NCBI GenBank assembly: GCA_029782135.1
Contig: JAKOVI010000133.1
Span: 10,176 to 74,175, forward strand
Direction: 5' to 3'
Source: Bacillota bacterium
GTDB taxonomy: Bacteria; Bacillota; UBA4882; UBA10575
Length of the DNA stretch: 64,000 bases
This document shows positions 56,223 through 64,000 of this stretch, piece after piece. A program made the translations under genes and the position numbers. A model generated the notes under the pieces. It searched no databases. It saw only the letters and a program-made list of their open reading frames with translations, and was not told where the DNA came from. Position 1 is the first letter of the stretch, and each line of letters opens with the position of its first letter.

Positions 56223-56470
56223 TTCCTTCGCCTCCCTTTGCTTCTTCCCTCAACTCCGCCGCCCGGCCCCGTTTTGCACAGTCTGCCTGCAGCTTCTTTA
56301 GTTCCTCCGGTCTTGATAAAAGCTGTTCGTGCGGTTCCATCCTGGGCGCTCGTGGCTTTCGTTTTTATTATGACACAAAACGGGAAAGGAAAAAAGAACC
56401 ACCGCTCAAAGTTTAAAGCTATTCTGTGGTTCATAGTTAGTATATTGGGCAATCGGCCTAAAGGTACCGT

Positions 56471-57634
56471 TCAAGGAAGATATTTCACCGGATCCACCGG
56501 GGCCCCTTTAACCCGTACCTCAAAATGAAGGTGGGGGCCGGTACTCAACCCGGTATTTCCCGAATAGGCAATGACCTGCCCCTTGGTCACCGTCTCGCCT
56601 TCTTTGACCAGGAGCCGTGAGTTATGTCCATAAGCGGTTGACAACCCTTTCCCGTGATCGATGGCGATAAAATAACCGTACCCGCCGTTCCACTTGCTCA
56701 TCAGCACTTTCCCACTATCCGCCGCTTTCACCGGTGTCCCGGTAGGAATGGCAATATCAATACCATTATGGAACCGGTTCTTCTTCAGAATCGGGTGGAA
56801 ACGGACCCCAAAGGGCGAACTGATCCGCCCCTCAACCGGCCAGATCATTGTCCCGGTACCGAGCGCCGCTTCTTCCTGCTGCCGGCGCTTCAGTTCCTCC
56901 TCAATCCGCCGGGAGGTCTCCTCCAATTCATCCAATGCTTTCTCCAAGGTCCGGCGGTCTGCCTGCACCTTTTTTAACTGCTCTTCGGTCTGCTTGACCA
57001 GCGCCGCTTGCTGTCGCCGCTGCTCTTCGGCAGTCTTGAGGAGCTTTGTGTATGATAAACGCTCTTGCTCCAGTTCCCGTTTTTTACTCTGGTAAACCTT
57101 TTGTTCTTGCGCCACCTTCGCCCGGAGGGCGGTGACTTCCTCCATTAACCGCCGGTCAGAACGGAGAAAATACGCCAGCATCTCAAAGCGGCTGACCAGG
57201 TCGGCAAAGTTCTCGGCGGCCACCAGCATTTCCAGGTAACTCATCGGCCCGAGCTTATAAGCAGCCGTCAGACGCCGGTTATACTTCTCTTGCCGGCTTT
57301 GCAGGAGGCGGGATAAACGGTCCAATTCCTGTTGGCAGGCGGCCAGTTCCTTTTCCAAACGCCTAATCCCCTGTTGGGTGGTGCTGATTTTAACCTCTAG
57401 GGCTTCCAGCTCCCGCTCAATCCGGGCCAACTCCTGTTGGGAGGCTAAAAGGGAACTCATGACAGACTTCTCCTGCTGGGCCGTTGAAGTCAGTTCCCGT
57501 TTCGTCCTTTCAATTAACCGGTTTATCTCCTTTAAATCCTCCGCCCCCGCAGCCTGTAAAGACTGGAGGGCTGCAAAAAACATAAAGATCACCGGCAGCC
57601 ACTGCTGGATTAATCTTTTCCGCCATTGATTCAT
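56471..57634 (-). CDS. M23-family peptidoglycan DD-endopeptidase with an N-terminal coiled coil (EnvC-like)
   Basis: Signal peptide and a long coiled coil. The C-terminus reads FHNGIDIAIPTGTPVKAADSGKV...IDHGKGLSTAYGHNS...GNTGLSTGPHLHFEV. Confidence 0.88.
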   Translation of the reverse strand: MNQWRKRLIQQWLPVIFMFFAALQSLQAAGAEDLKEINRLIERTKRELTSTAQQEKSVMSSLLASQQELARIERELEALEVKISTTQQGIRRLEKELAACQQELDRLSRLLQSRQEKYNRRLTAAYKLGPMSYLEMLVAAENFADLVSRFEMLAYFLRSDRRLMEEVTALRAKVAQEQKVYQSKKRELEQERLSYTKLLKTAEEQRRQQAALVKQTEEQLKKVQADRRTLEKALDELEETSRRIEEELKRRQQEEAALGTGTMIWPVEGRISSPFGVRFHPILKKNRFHNGIDIAIPTGTPVKAADSGKVLMSKWNGGYGYFIAIDHGKGLSTAYGHNSRLLVKEGETVTKGQVIAYSGNTGLSTGPHLHFEVRVKGAPVDPVKYLP

Positions 57635-57769
57635 GCGCTTTCATCCTCTATCCGCCTTGTGCAATTTCTTTATTATTTCGCTCCTCCTCCCGCTTCTCCT
57701 TCCCGGCTTGTGGCGCTTTTTGGCGCTTCCACCACGCCCTTTGCTCTTACCTGGAGGCCGACTGCTCCT

Positions 57770-59167
57770 TTATTGCACCGGATCCCCACACCATTTAATC
57801 CCAAGATAGCCGGCCAGTTCACGGTCTGGTGAGCAAAGATCCGTCTTATTTACCTCTTTCAGGTGGCTGCGCCCCAGACATAAAGCTGTAATCTGCATCT
57901 CCTGGAGGGAAGCCTTTAAAAAACTGGCCAGACTCTGCGCCGCCTGGGGAATATTCAGTTTATTCTTTTGTTTCCCTTGATAAAAAATAAGCTCGGTCGG
58001 CGGTTCCCAGGGCAGCACCTTGGCTCCTTGCGTATGAACCAACGCCAGCAAAGCAATCGTTCCAATAAAGACCGCATCTGCACCCAAGGCCAGCGCTCTC
58101 ATGAAATCCATCGCTGAATATAGTCCCCCACCGGCCAGGAGCGAGATCTTCCCCCGCAAACCCTTTTCCTCCAGAAATCTCCGGGCCCGTTCCACCGCAT
58201 ACAAGGTTGGGAGCCCTAAGCCATCCAAAGCGGCAGCCAGTCCGCCGTGCGTCCCGCCTTCCAGACCGTCGATTGCGATGTAATCCGGGTTCGCCTGCAC
58301 CAGAATCTCCAGCTCTTTTTCGAGCCACTGGGTCGCCCCCAGCTTGATCCCGATCGGAACACCCCCGGTTTTTTTTCTTAAATTATCCACCAAAGCCCGG
58401 AGATCTTGCCCATTCTCCACCTCAAGCAGGCGCGGCGGGATCACCGCTTTTTCCCCGGGCCCAACCCCTAACAAGTTGCGGAGTTTGGGGTTCCGGGCCA
58501 GACGTTGGGGGGGAATTTCCGCCGGCGCCGGCCCCCATAACCCTTGCCCCAGTTGGATTTCGATCGCATCCGCCTCCTCCAGCACCTCCAGGTCTTTGGC
58601 CCAACTTCCCCGCGAATACTGGATGATCAACTTCTCCGCAATCTTGCGCTCCGCCGGTAAAAACGGTCCGTTTCCGGTGTTGGCTGCCGTCCCCGCCATC
58701 GTCGCCGCCATCGCCAAGGCCTCTTTGGTCTGGGCGCTTAAAGCGGTCCCGTAAGCCATTCCCCCAATTAAAATAGGCAGTTTCAGTTTTAATGGGTAGC
58801 GCGCCCGCGGGCCAATCACCACGTCGGTTTTGACCTTGGTGTAATCCAGGAGCGGCAAACGGTGAAGGTAGACCGGATTAAAAAGCAGATCTTTCCAGGG
58901 TGAGACAATAACCCGGCGGCCGAAGGGACGCGCCGGCGGTTGCCCGTGCGCTGAGCGCAGTTCGGTCTCGAGCAAACGTCCCAGGCCAACCATTTTCACG
59001 ATGTTATAGGTTTCAAAGAGATTGGTCCAGTACGGCTCGGTGGTCAACTTTGTATAGACAAGGCCGAAGATCAGTTTAAAGAGCCCCCGTGCCCCGAGGG
59101 CAAAAAGAAGAAGTACGATTACGGCTCCTGTAACCGTCGCCAACACACCTCGCGTAAAATCTCCCAT
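57770..59167 (-). CDS. FMN-binding glutamate-synthase-family protein (GltB FMN-domain homologue) with an N-terminal TM anchor
   Basis: N-terminal TM segment VLATVTGAVIVLLLFALGA. The TIM-barrel FMN-domain motifs are IAIDGLEGGTHGG, LLAGGGL and GADAVFIGT. Confidence 0.8.
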   Translation of the reverse strand: MGDFTRGVLATVTGAVIVLLLFALGARGLFKLIFGLVYTKLTTEPYWTNLFETYNIVKMVGLGRLLETELRSAHGQPPARPFGRRVIVSPWKDLLFNPVYLHRLPLLDYTKVKTDVVIGPRARYPLKLKLPILIGGMAYGTALSAQTKEALAMAATMAGTAANTGNGPFLPAERKIAEKLIIQYSRGSWAKDLEVLEEADAIEIQLGQGLWGPAPAEIPPQRLARNPKLRNLLGVGPGEKAVIPPRLLEVENGQDLRALVDNLRKKTGGVPIGIKLGATQWLEKELEILVQANPDYIAIDGLEGGTHGGLAAALDGLGLPTLYAVERARRFLEEKGLRGKISLLAGGGLYSAMDFMRALALGADAVFIGTIALLALVHTQGAKVLPWEPPTELIFYQGKQKNKLNIPQAAQSLASFLKASLQEMQITALCLGRSHLKEVNKTDLCSPDRELAGYLGIKWCGDPVQ

Positions 59168-59423
59168 CTGCTTTCCCCCTGTTGCTTTAACCGCATCAGG
59201 AATATTTTACCCATTCTTCCTAATTATAACCATTCTTACCGTCACAATCCCCAATTCAGGTTTTCTTCCAGAATTGGCTTTTCCTCTAATTCCCACTAGG
59301 AATCCCCAGTTCTGTCAAGAATTATGCCGTAAAAAGGTCGTCCATCGTTGTTCTATTTCCACTCTACATCACACCTTGATTGGCCGTCGACGACCCAACG
59401 ACCAAGTTAAGGGGAGTGTGTCA

Positions 59424-60395
59424 ATGCAACAGAAAAGAAAACTGTCACGAAAGGTTCCTTTTTTCTTAGTCCTCCTGCTCATCTTATTACCTGGTGTCCT
59501 TTACGCACAAAGCTACCAAGTTAAGCCGGGAGATTCTTTGTATCTCATCTCACGCCGTTACAACCTGCCGATCTCGACACTCAAAGCCAGTAACAACCTG
59601 ACCAGTGATTACATTTATCCCGGGCAGACTTTATTGATCCCTTCCCAGTATACAGTCCGCCCTGGAGATACCCTGTATTTAATTGCCACCCGTAATTCCA
59701 TATCCCTATCGGCTTTGCGAGCGGCTAATAATATTTGGCATGACCAACTCTGGGTTGGACAGACCCTTTATATTCCGGCTGCCGTGGGCGGGTCCTCCGG
59801 GCAGGGTGGCGGAAATGTTTATACCGTCCGCAATTATGATACTCTTTATTTGATCGCGCAAAGAAACGGGACAACCGTGCAAGCGATTAAATCAATTAAT
59901 GGTCTTGTTTCCGATACCATTTATCCTGGGCAAAAACTGATCATTCCCGGTCCCGGCTCCTCCTCTGGCGGCAATGGTAATAATAACGGTAACTCCGGTA
60001 ATTACAATGGTAAATTCAACCTTACTTCCACCGAGATTGAACTGCTCGCCAAGTTAGTCCGGGCGGAAGCCGAAGGTGAACCTTTTACCGGGCAGGTTGC
60101 GGTTGCCGCTTCTGTCCTCAACCGGTTGAACGATTCGCGTTACCCCAATACGATTACGGAGATCATCTACCAGGTTGACCAAGGGCGGTATTACCAATAC
60201 AGTCCGGTGATGGACGGCCGGATCAACCTTCCGGCAAATGAATCTGCACGGAAAGCTGTCCAAGCCGCCCTTAGTGGACAAGATCCTTCCAACGGCGCAA
60301 CCGGATTCTACAATCCGAGTAAAACAACGAACGCTTGGGTCAGATCGCATCCGATCACGGCAACCATTGGTTCACATGTTTTCTATAAAAACTAA
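59424..60395 (+). CDS. Cell-wall hydrolase with three LysM repeats and a SleB-type (Hydrolase_2) catalytic domain
   Basis: Signal peptide, then 3x YxVxxGDTLYLIAxRN LysM repeats and a Gly/Asn linker. The C-terminus reads LLAKLVRAEAEGEPFTGQVAVAASVLNR...YQFSP-like. The ATG at 59424 is preceded by GGGGAG. Confidence 0.85.
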   Translation: MQQKRKLSRKVPFFLVLLLILLPGVLYAQSYQVKPGDSLYLISRRYNLPISTLKASNNLTSDYIYPGQTLLIPSQYTVRPGDTLYLIATRNSISLSALRAANNIWHDQLWVGQTLYIPAAVGGSSGQGGGNVYTVRNYDTLYLIAQRNGTTVQAIKSINGLVSDTIYPGQKLIIPGPGSSSGGNGNNNGNSGNYNGKFNLTSTEIELLAKLVRAEAEGEPFTGQVAVAASVLNRLNDSRYPNTITEIIYQVDQGRYYQYSPVMDGRINLPANESARKAVQAALSGQDPSNGATGFYNPSKTTNAWVRSHPITATIGSHVFYKN

Positions 60396-60422
60396 CAAGG
60401 CAAAACCTTCCAACTAAAGTAT

Positions 60423-60463
60423 AGCCCCCCGGTTTCGTTACGAACCGGGGGGCTGCTTTTTTC
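60423..60463 (+). terminator. Rho-independent terminator
   Basis: AGCCCCCCGGTT-tcgttacg-AACCGGGGGGCT followed by GCTTTTTT. Confidence 0.85.
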
Positions 60464-60524
60464 CAAATAACTCTGTGCTGCCCGTCACTTACTGCTCATT
60501 ACAGAACTTATCTTTGAAGTAGTT

Positions 60525-61508
60525 TTATGGGATAAAAGATTGATTGAGAAACTCCTCCACCGGCGTCTCCCGCGCAATCAACCCCAACTCCCGCATTAAA
60601 CCCTGTGACGCGGCCCAACTCTCCGGTGCGGACCGGCCCAGACCGTGTTTCCTGGTATAATCATTCTCCCATAAGGCCATCGATGCATTCAGCACCTCCC
60701 GTTCCTGGGCTTTCTGTTCCTCACCCAGTTCCGTCAGGTGTTTTAGACAAATCTCAAAGGCCTCGTCCGGATGGGCGAGCGCATAGGCGATCCCTTTCAG
60801 ACTCGCCCGGACGAGCTTGGCGACCTGCTCCGGCTCGTTCGCGACCTTCGTTGCCCCGGTAATTAACCCGTGGCCGACCAGAGAGAAATAATCCCCCGAT
60901 TTAAGTTGGGTTACTTCCACACCCATCGCTTTCAGTTTAACCGGTTCATTGTTGGAAAATCCGACGACCGCATCGACCTTATCTTCTAAGAGGGAAGGAA
61001 TCTGCGTGTAGCCAATATCGACCAACTCCACTTCTTCCTCCGCAATCCCGGCCTGTTTTAAAATGGCTTTCACCGCCATTAAATTGGTCCCGTACAAGGG
61101 TAAACCGATCTTTTTACCCTTCAGATCCTGCGCTGTTTTGATTCCGGATTCGGCTTTGGCGATAATCGCGGGCGGAAACTCCGCATACAGGCTCATCAAA
61201 TAGATCACAGGAATCTCTTGGGCCCGCGCAATCAGGACCTGATCGCCGCCGGCAATCGCAAAATCCATTTTCCCGGCCGCGACGAGCTGGAGGGCATCAA
61301 TATCCATCCGGTAGTCAAAGACCACCTCCAATCCTTCCTCCCGGAAAAATCCCTTTTCCTCTGCCACATACCAGGGGGCAAATTGCACATTGGGAATATA
61401 GGTCATCGCCAAGGTAACTTTCGCTGCCGGTTTGGCCTGCCGGAAATAAACCAGCCCCCCTGCGACCACCAGAAGGAAAAGCAAGATTACCGCCAGGTAT
61501 TTTTTCAT
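60525..61508 (-). CDS. ABC transporter substrate-binding protein, NMT1/THI5-like (NitT/TauT family)
   Basis: Signal anchor, then TLAMTYIPNVQFAPWYVAEEKGFFREEGLEV, the typical NMT1/ThiY-like SBP N-terminus. Confidence 0.85.
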   Translation of the reverse strand: MKKYLAVILLFLLVVAGGLVYFRQAKPAAKVTLAMTYIPNVQFAPWYVAEEKGFFREEGLEVVFDYRMDIDALQLVAAGKMDFAIAGGDQVLIARAQEIPVIYLMSLYAEFPPAIIAKAESGIKTAQDLKGKKIGLPLYGTNLMAVKAILKQAGIAEEEVELVDIGYTQIPSLLEDKVDAVVGFSNNEPVKLKAMGVEVTQLKSGDYFSLVGHGLITGATKVANEPEQVAKLVRASLKGIAYALAHPDEAFEICLKHLTELGEEQKAQEREVLNASMALWENDYTRKHGLGRSAPESWAASQGLMRELGLIARETPVEEFLNQSFIP

Positions 61509-61586
61509 CCTTCACTCCACCTCCGTAGAAAACTCCACTTTTTTGCGGATCAACTCGCTTTGTTAATGAATTGAAAGGACCGTGCT

Positions 61587-62372
61587 TTATCTCTCCTCCC
61601 CATCCTTCCAGGGCATCAGCACCTTCTCCAGGAAAGAAATGAACAGGTAAAAACCGACCCCCATCGCGGCTAGGAAGATTAAGGCGACAAAGATGAGCGG
61701 CGTATCAAAAACCCCACGGGCAAAATAAACAAGGTAACCGAGGCCTTTCCCCGCTCCGGAAAACTCACCGACCACCGCCCCGATCACCGAGAGGGTCAAC
61801 CCAATCCGCAGCCCCCCGAAGAGGACCGGTAAGACCGAAGGCACCTCCAGTTTAAAAAAGATCTCCCGTTTGCGCGCACCCATGATCACCAGTAACTCTT
61901 TTAAACGGGGATCGGTCTCCCGCAGGCCGACTACCCCATTGGTCAGCACCGGGAAGAAAGCGACCAAGGCGGCAATCAACACTTTTGAGGTGAGGCCAAA
62001 ACCAAACCAGATCACCAGGAGCGGCGCAAGGGCGACAATCGGAATCGCCTGGATCGCCACGACCAACGGGGTGATCAATTGATCCAGCCGGGGGTGGCGC
62101 GCCAGCAAGTAACTTAAGGGTAAAGCGGCCGCTGTCCCCAGAAGAAAGCCGGCGAAGGCTTCAAACAGAGTTACCAAAAAATGCTGGGCCAGAAGACCTC
62201 TTTTCGCGATCAACTCTTGAAAACGGGCCCACACCTCCAGCGGCGAAGGCAGGATATAGGAAGGGTAGAAGGAAGCGAGGGCTGACCAGAGCAGGAGCGT
62301 AATTAGCCCGAGCAGGAACAGCGTCAAGAGCCGTTCATAACCTCCGCGACGGCCAAGAATCTTATGCTTCAT
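61587..62372 (-). CDS. ABC transporter permease (NitT/TauT family)
   Basis: The ATG at 62372 (MKHKILGRR...) overlaps the ATPase 3' end by 11 nt. About 6 TM segments. The ORF-track start at 62492 is an extension inside the ATPase gene. Confidence 0.85.
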   Translation of the reverse strand: MKHKILGRRGGYERLLTLFLLGLITLLLWSALASFYPSYILPSPLEVWARFQELIAKRGLLAQHFLVTLFEAFAGFLLGTAAALPLSYLLARHPRLDQLITPLVVAIQAIPIVALAPLLVIWFGFGLTSKVLIAALVAFFPVLTNGVVGLRETDPRLKELLVIMGARKREIFFKLEVPSVLPVLFGGLRIGLTLSVIGAVVGEFSGAGKGLGYLVYFARGVFDTPLIFVALIFLAAMGVGFYLFISFLEKVLMPWKDGEER

Positions 62373-63141
62373 GATTACCACCCCATCCTTGCTCCAGGAG
62401 GTCCTGCACGGCACCGACCAAACCGGCAAAGACCGGCGTACTCCGGATCTTGAGGTTTCGCGGGTAGGCCAGATCAACCTTGATTTCGCCAAGGATCCGT
62501 CCCGGTTTTTCCCCCATCACCACAATCCGGTCGGCCAGAAAGACGGCTTCGAAGATGTTATGGGTAACCATCAAACCGGTGAACTGTGTTTCACTCCTGA
62601 TTCTTAAGATTTCTAAATGCAGTTGATCCCGCATGATTGCATCAAGAGCAGCAAAAGGTTCATCCAGCAGCAGGACCCGGGCCTCCCCGACCAGGGCACG
62701 GGCTAAGGCTACCCGCTGCCGCATTCCCCCGGACAATTGGTGCGGGTATTTATCTTCCACACCCCATAAATTAACGAGGTTTAAGGCGGCACGCGCTTTT
62801 CGCAGCATCTCTTCCTGCCCGGTCCCGGTGTTTCCTAACTCCAGGGGCAACACCACGTTCTCCAGGACGGTCCGCCATGGTAACAAGAGGGAATCCTGGG
62901 GCACGAGGCTTAACCGTTGCCAACCAGGGATCTTCTTTTGCCCGAAAACTCTAATCTCACCGGCATCCGGCGTCAGCGCCCCCGCAATCAACCGTAATAA
63001 AGTAGATTTCCCACAACCGCTCGGCCCAAGGAGACAGACAAACTCGCCTTCCCGGACTTCAAGATTGATCCCGGCCAGTTCCGGTTGGCAATCAGGTGAA
63101 AAAGCCAGTGTTACATCTTTAACCTCAATCACTTTGTTCAT
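62362..63141 (-). CDS. ABC transporter ATP-binding protein (NitT/TauT family)
   Basis: MNKVIEVKDVTLAF..., Walker A GPSGCGKST, signature LSGGMRQRVALARAL, Walker B LLLDEPFAALD. The ATG at 63141 is preceded by GGAGG. The ORF-track start at 63267 runs through the leader. Confidence 0.9.
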   Translation of the reverse strand: MNKVIEVKDVTLAFSPDCQPELAGINLEVREGEFVCLLGPSGCGKSTLLRLIAGALTPDAGEIRVFGQKKIPGWQRLSLVPQDSLLLPWRTVLENVVLPLELGNTGTGQEEMLRKARAALNLVNLWGVEDKYPHQLSGGMRQRVALARALVGEARVLLLDEPFAALDAIMRDQLHLEILRIRSETQFTGLMVTHNIFEAVFLADRIVVMGEKPGRILGEIKVDLAYPRNLKIRSTPVFAGLVGAVQDLLEQGWGGNHEA

Positions 63142-63159
63142 ATCCCATCCTCCGCAAGA

Positions 63160-63190
63160 AAAGAAAAACCCTGAAGTTTTCTTCAGGGCT
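63160..63190 (-). terminator. Leader (attenuator) terminator upstream of the ABC operon
   Basis: CCCUGAAG-aaaa-CUUCAGGG followed by UUUUUCUUUUCUU. It ends about 10 nt before the RBS. Confidence 0.8.
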
Positions 63191-63377
63191 GTACGGCACG
63201 AATTATGATCACTCGCGCACGCTCTCCTTCTTCCATCCGGACTGTACCGTCGGTTCTGGATTCGCACCAGATCTGCTTAATTACATAAGCTCGTGGACTC
63301 GGGGCTGACCCCTTACCACCGGTCGGGAATTGGCCGTACGGCCTCACCCTGCCCTGAAGGATATTTGTTCAGTTGTC
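63160..63377 (-). promoter_or_regulatory. Riboswitch-like structured 5' leader with mutually exclusive outer helix and terminator (class unassigned)
   Basis: The 5' segment CCUUCAGGGC (63360..63351) repeats the terminator 3' arm and can pair over 9 bp with the terminator 5' arm GCCCUGAAG. It encloses about 160 nt containing several hairpins and an internal imperfect repeat. Confidence 0.6.
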
Positions 63378-63383
63378 AATGAT

Positions 63384-63412
63384 ATTTTACCTTTTTGGCC
63401 GCTGGTTGTAAA
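63384..63412 (-). promoter_or_regulatory. Sigma-A promoter of the leader and ABC operon
   Basis: TTTACA, a 17-nt spacer, then TAAAAT. Confidence 0.65.
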
Positions 63413-63418
63413 GGAAAT

Positions 63419-64000
63419 TTAGATTAATATTTTCTCCTTGACGACCTGACTTTGCTGCTCTTCATTAATGAAATAAATCTCCAGTTCGTCACGGGGTAAA
63501 TCTTTTTTCTCGATCGTCAATAAAGCAGCCGGATAAGTTAACCTTTGCAGCACATTCACTTTGTGCGGCTTTTCTTCCCGGTAATAAACGAATAATGCGG
63601 AGGACTTCAACTCAACCCGGACCGGAGTAATGGCATAGCCGCCGGAGGGGCGTTCCCCTAAAAACATCCCGATTATTAAGTACCGCTCCGGATCGAGACC
63701 GGCCGGGAGAAGTTCTTGGAAAAGATCTTTTTTGTTCGGATAAACAACAAACCCCGCCGGCCTGAAAGCACTAAGGTTCATGAGGAGATAATCAAAGTTA
63801 AGTGCAACTCCCTGCTCCTGGGTCCAGAGGAGATTTCCTAAACCGGAGGTGATCCCCAGTCTCAGGTAAGCGAGGGCTTTTATTCTTCTGAGTAACCGGT
63901 GCACCCGCCCGGGGGAGACCGGCTCCCGTTTTAGGAAAGACGGCGTGAGCGACGACAGTAATTGGGCAAGCAGGTCCGCGTCATGCCGGACTAAACCGTT
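63419..64000 (-). CDS. PrcB-C-terminal-domain-like protein (probably partial; the reading frame is open to the right edge)
   Basis: GERPSGGYAITPVRVELKSSALFVYYREEKP...VLQRLTYPAALLTIEKKDL resembles the PrcB_C pattern. The track starts it at the GTG at 63904, but the frame has no stop up to 64000. Confidence 0.45.
   Translation of the reverse strand, partial: NGLVRHDADLLAQLLSSLTPSFLKREPVSPGRVHRLLRRIKALAYLRLGITSGLGNLLWTQEQGVALNFDYLLMNLSAFRPAGFVVYPNKKDLFQELLPAGLDPERYLIIGMFLGERPSGGYAITPVRVELKSSALFVYYREEKPHKVNVLQRLTYPAALLTIEKKDLPRDELEIYFINEEQQSQVVKEKILI

Noticed and set aside
56140-56340. A 66-aa ORF (MEPHEQLLSRPEELKKLQ...) upstream of ddl.
   Set aside because: It has no RBS, overlaps the ddl start by about 80 nt in another frame, and its second half is low-quality sequence.
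63160-63377. A TPP riboswitch, which is expected upstream of ThiY/NMT1-like ABC transporters.
   Set aside because: The conserved CUGAGA, ACCC and CCUGAUCUGGAUAAUGCCAGCG.AGGGA elements are not present. Only a loose GAUCUGG...CCAG resemblance exists.
1-64000. A search for CRISPR arrays, tRNA or rRNA genes, IS elements, integrases and tandem repeats.
   Set aside because: None were seen by eye. The only repeats are short terminator or operator palindromes and the low-complexity Gly-rich coding tract. A tRNAscan, cmscan or ISfinder run would be needed to exclude small elements formally.

Overview
This is a 64-kb chromosomal segment from an endospore-forming Firmicute. It looks Clostridia-like, has roughly half G+C by eye (not computed), and shows GGAGG-type RBSs with frequent GTG/TTG starts. 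I call about 67 protein-coding genes, 59 of them on the minus strand, which suggests co-orientation with replication. I recognised no rRNA, tRNA, CRISPR array, transposase or integrase.

Gene blocks from left to right:
- nrdR-nrdD (class III ribonucleotide reductase), with NrdR boxes over its promoter.
- A SAM by-product recycling cluster (ahcY-mtaD and mtnP-mtnA), split by a small AT-rich XRE/ImmA-like islet.
- A kinase-like membrane protein, a Gfo/Idh/MocA oxidoreductase, pgi and degV.
- A germinant-receptor operon in A-C-B order plus a small D-like ORF.
- A LemA-TPM-TPM module, then DUF554, a GreA-like protein, an ECF sigma factor and murJ.
- gpr, rpsT, comEA-comEC-holA and nadK-argR-recN.
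- A SpoVB-like flippase and an amino-acid ABC transporter.
- A block syntenic with the Bacillus subtilis origin-proximal region: yaaT/ricT, holB, yaaR, darA, tmk, yaaO-like decarboxylase, csfB, bofA, yaaL.
- A lone corrinoid protein, an MFS transporter, dac, csoR-like/trxA, nadE, hemerythrin, ddl, an M23 peptidase, an FMN glutamate-synthase-like protein and a LysM/SleB-like hydrolase.
- A NitT/TauT-type ABC transporter.

Most of the window is ordinary core genome. These are worth a second look:
1. A roughly 235-nt riboswitch-like anti-termination leader in front of the NitT/TauT ABC operon. I cannot assign it to a known class by eye.
2. A promoter- and terminator-bounded non-coding locus of about 190 nt between mtaD and a flavoprotein gene.
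3. A CsoR-family repressor that lacks the copper-ligand His, keeps a classic CsoR-type operator, and is co-transcribed with thioredoxin.
4. The XRE/ImmA-like islet, whose metalloprotease motif is degenerate.
5. A PrkC-architecture membrane protein whose kinase motifs are all degenerate.

All calls rest on reading the sequence and recalling family motifs. No searches were run.
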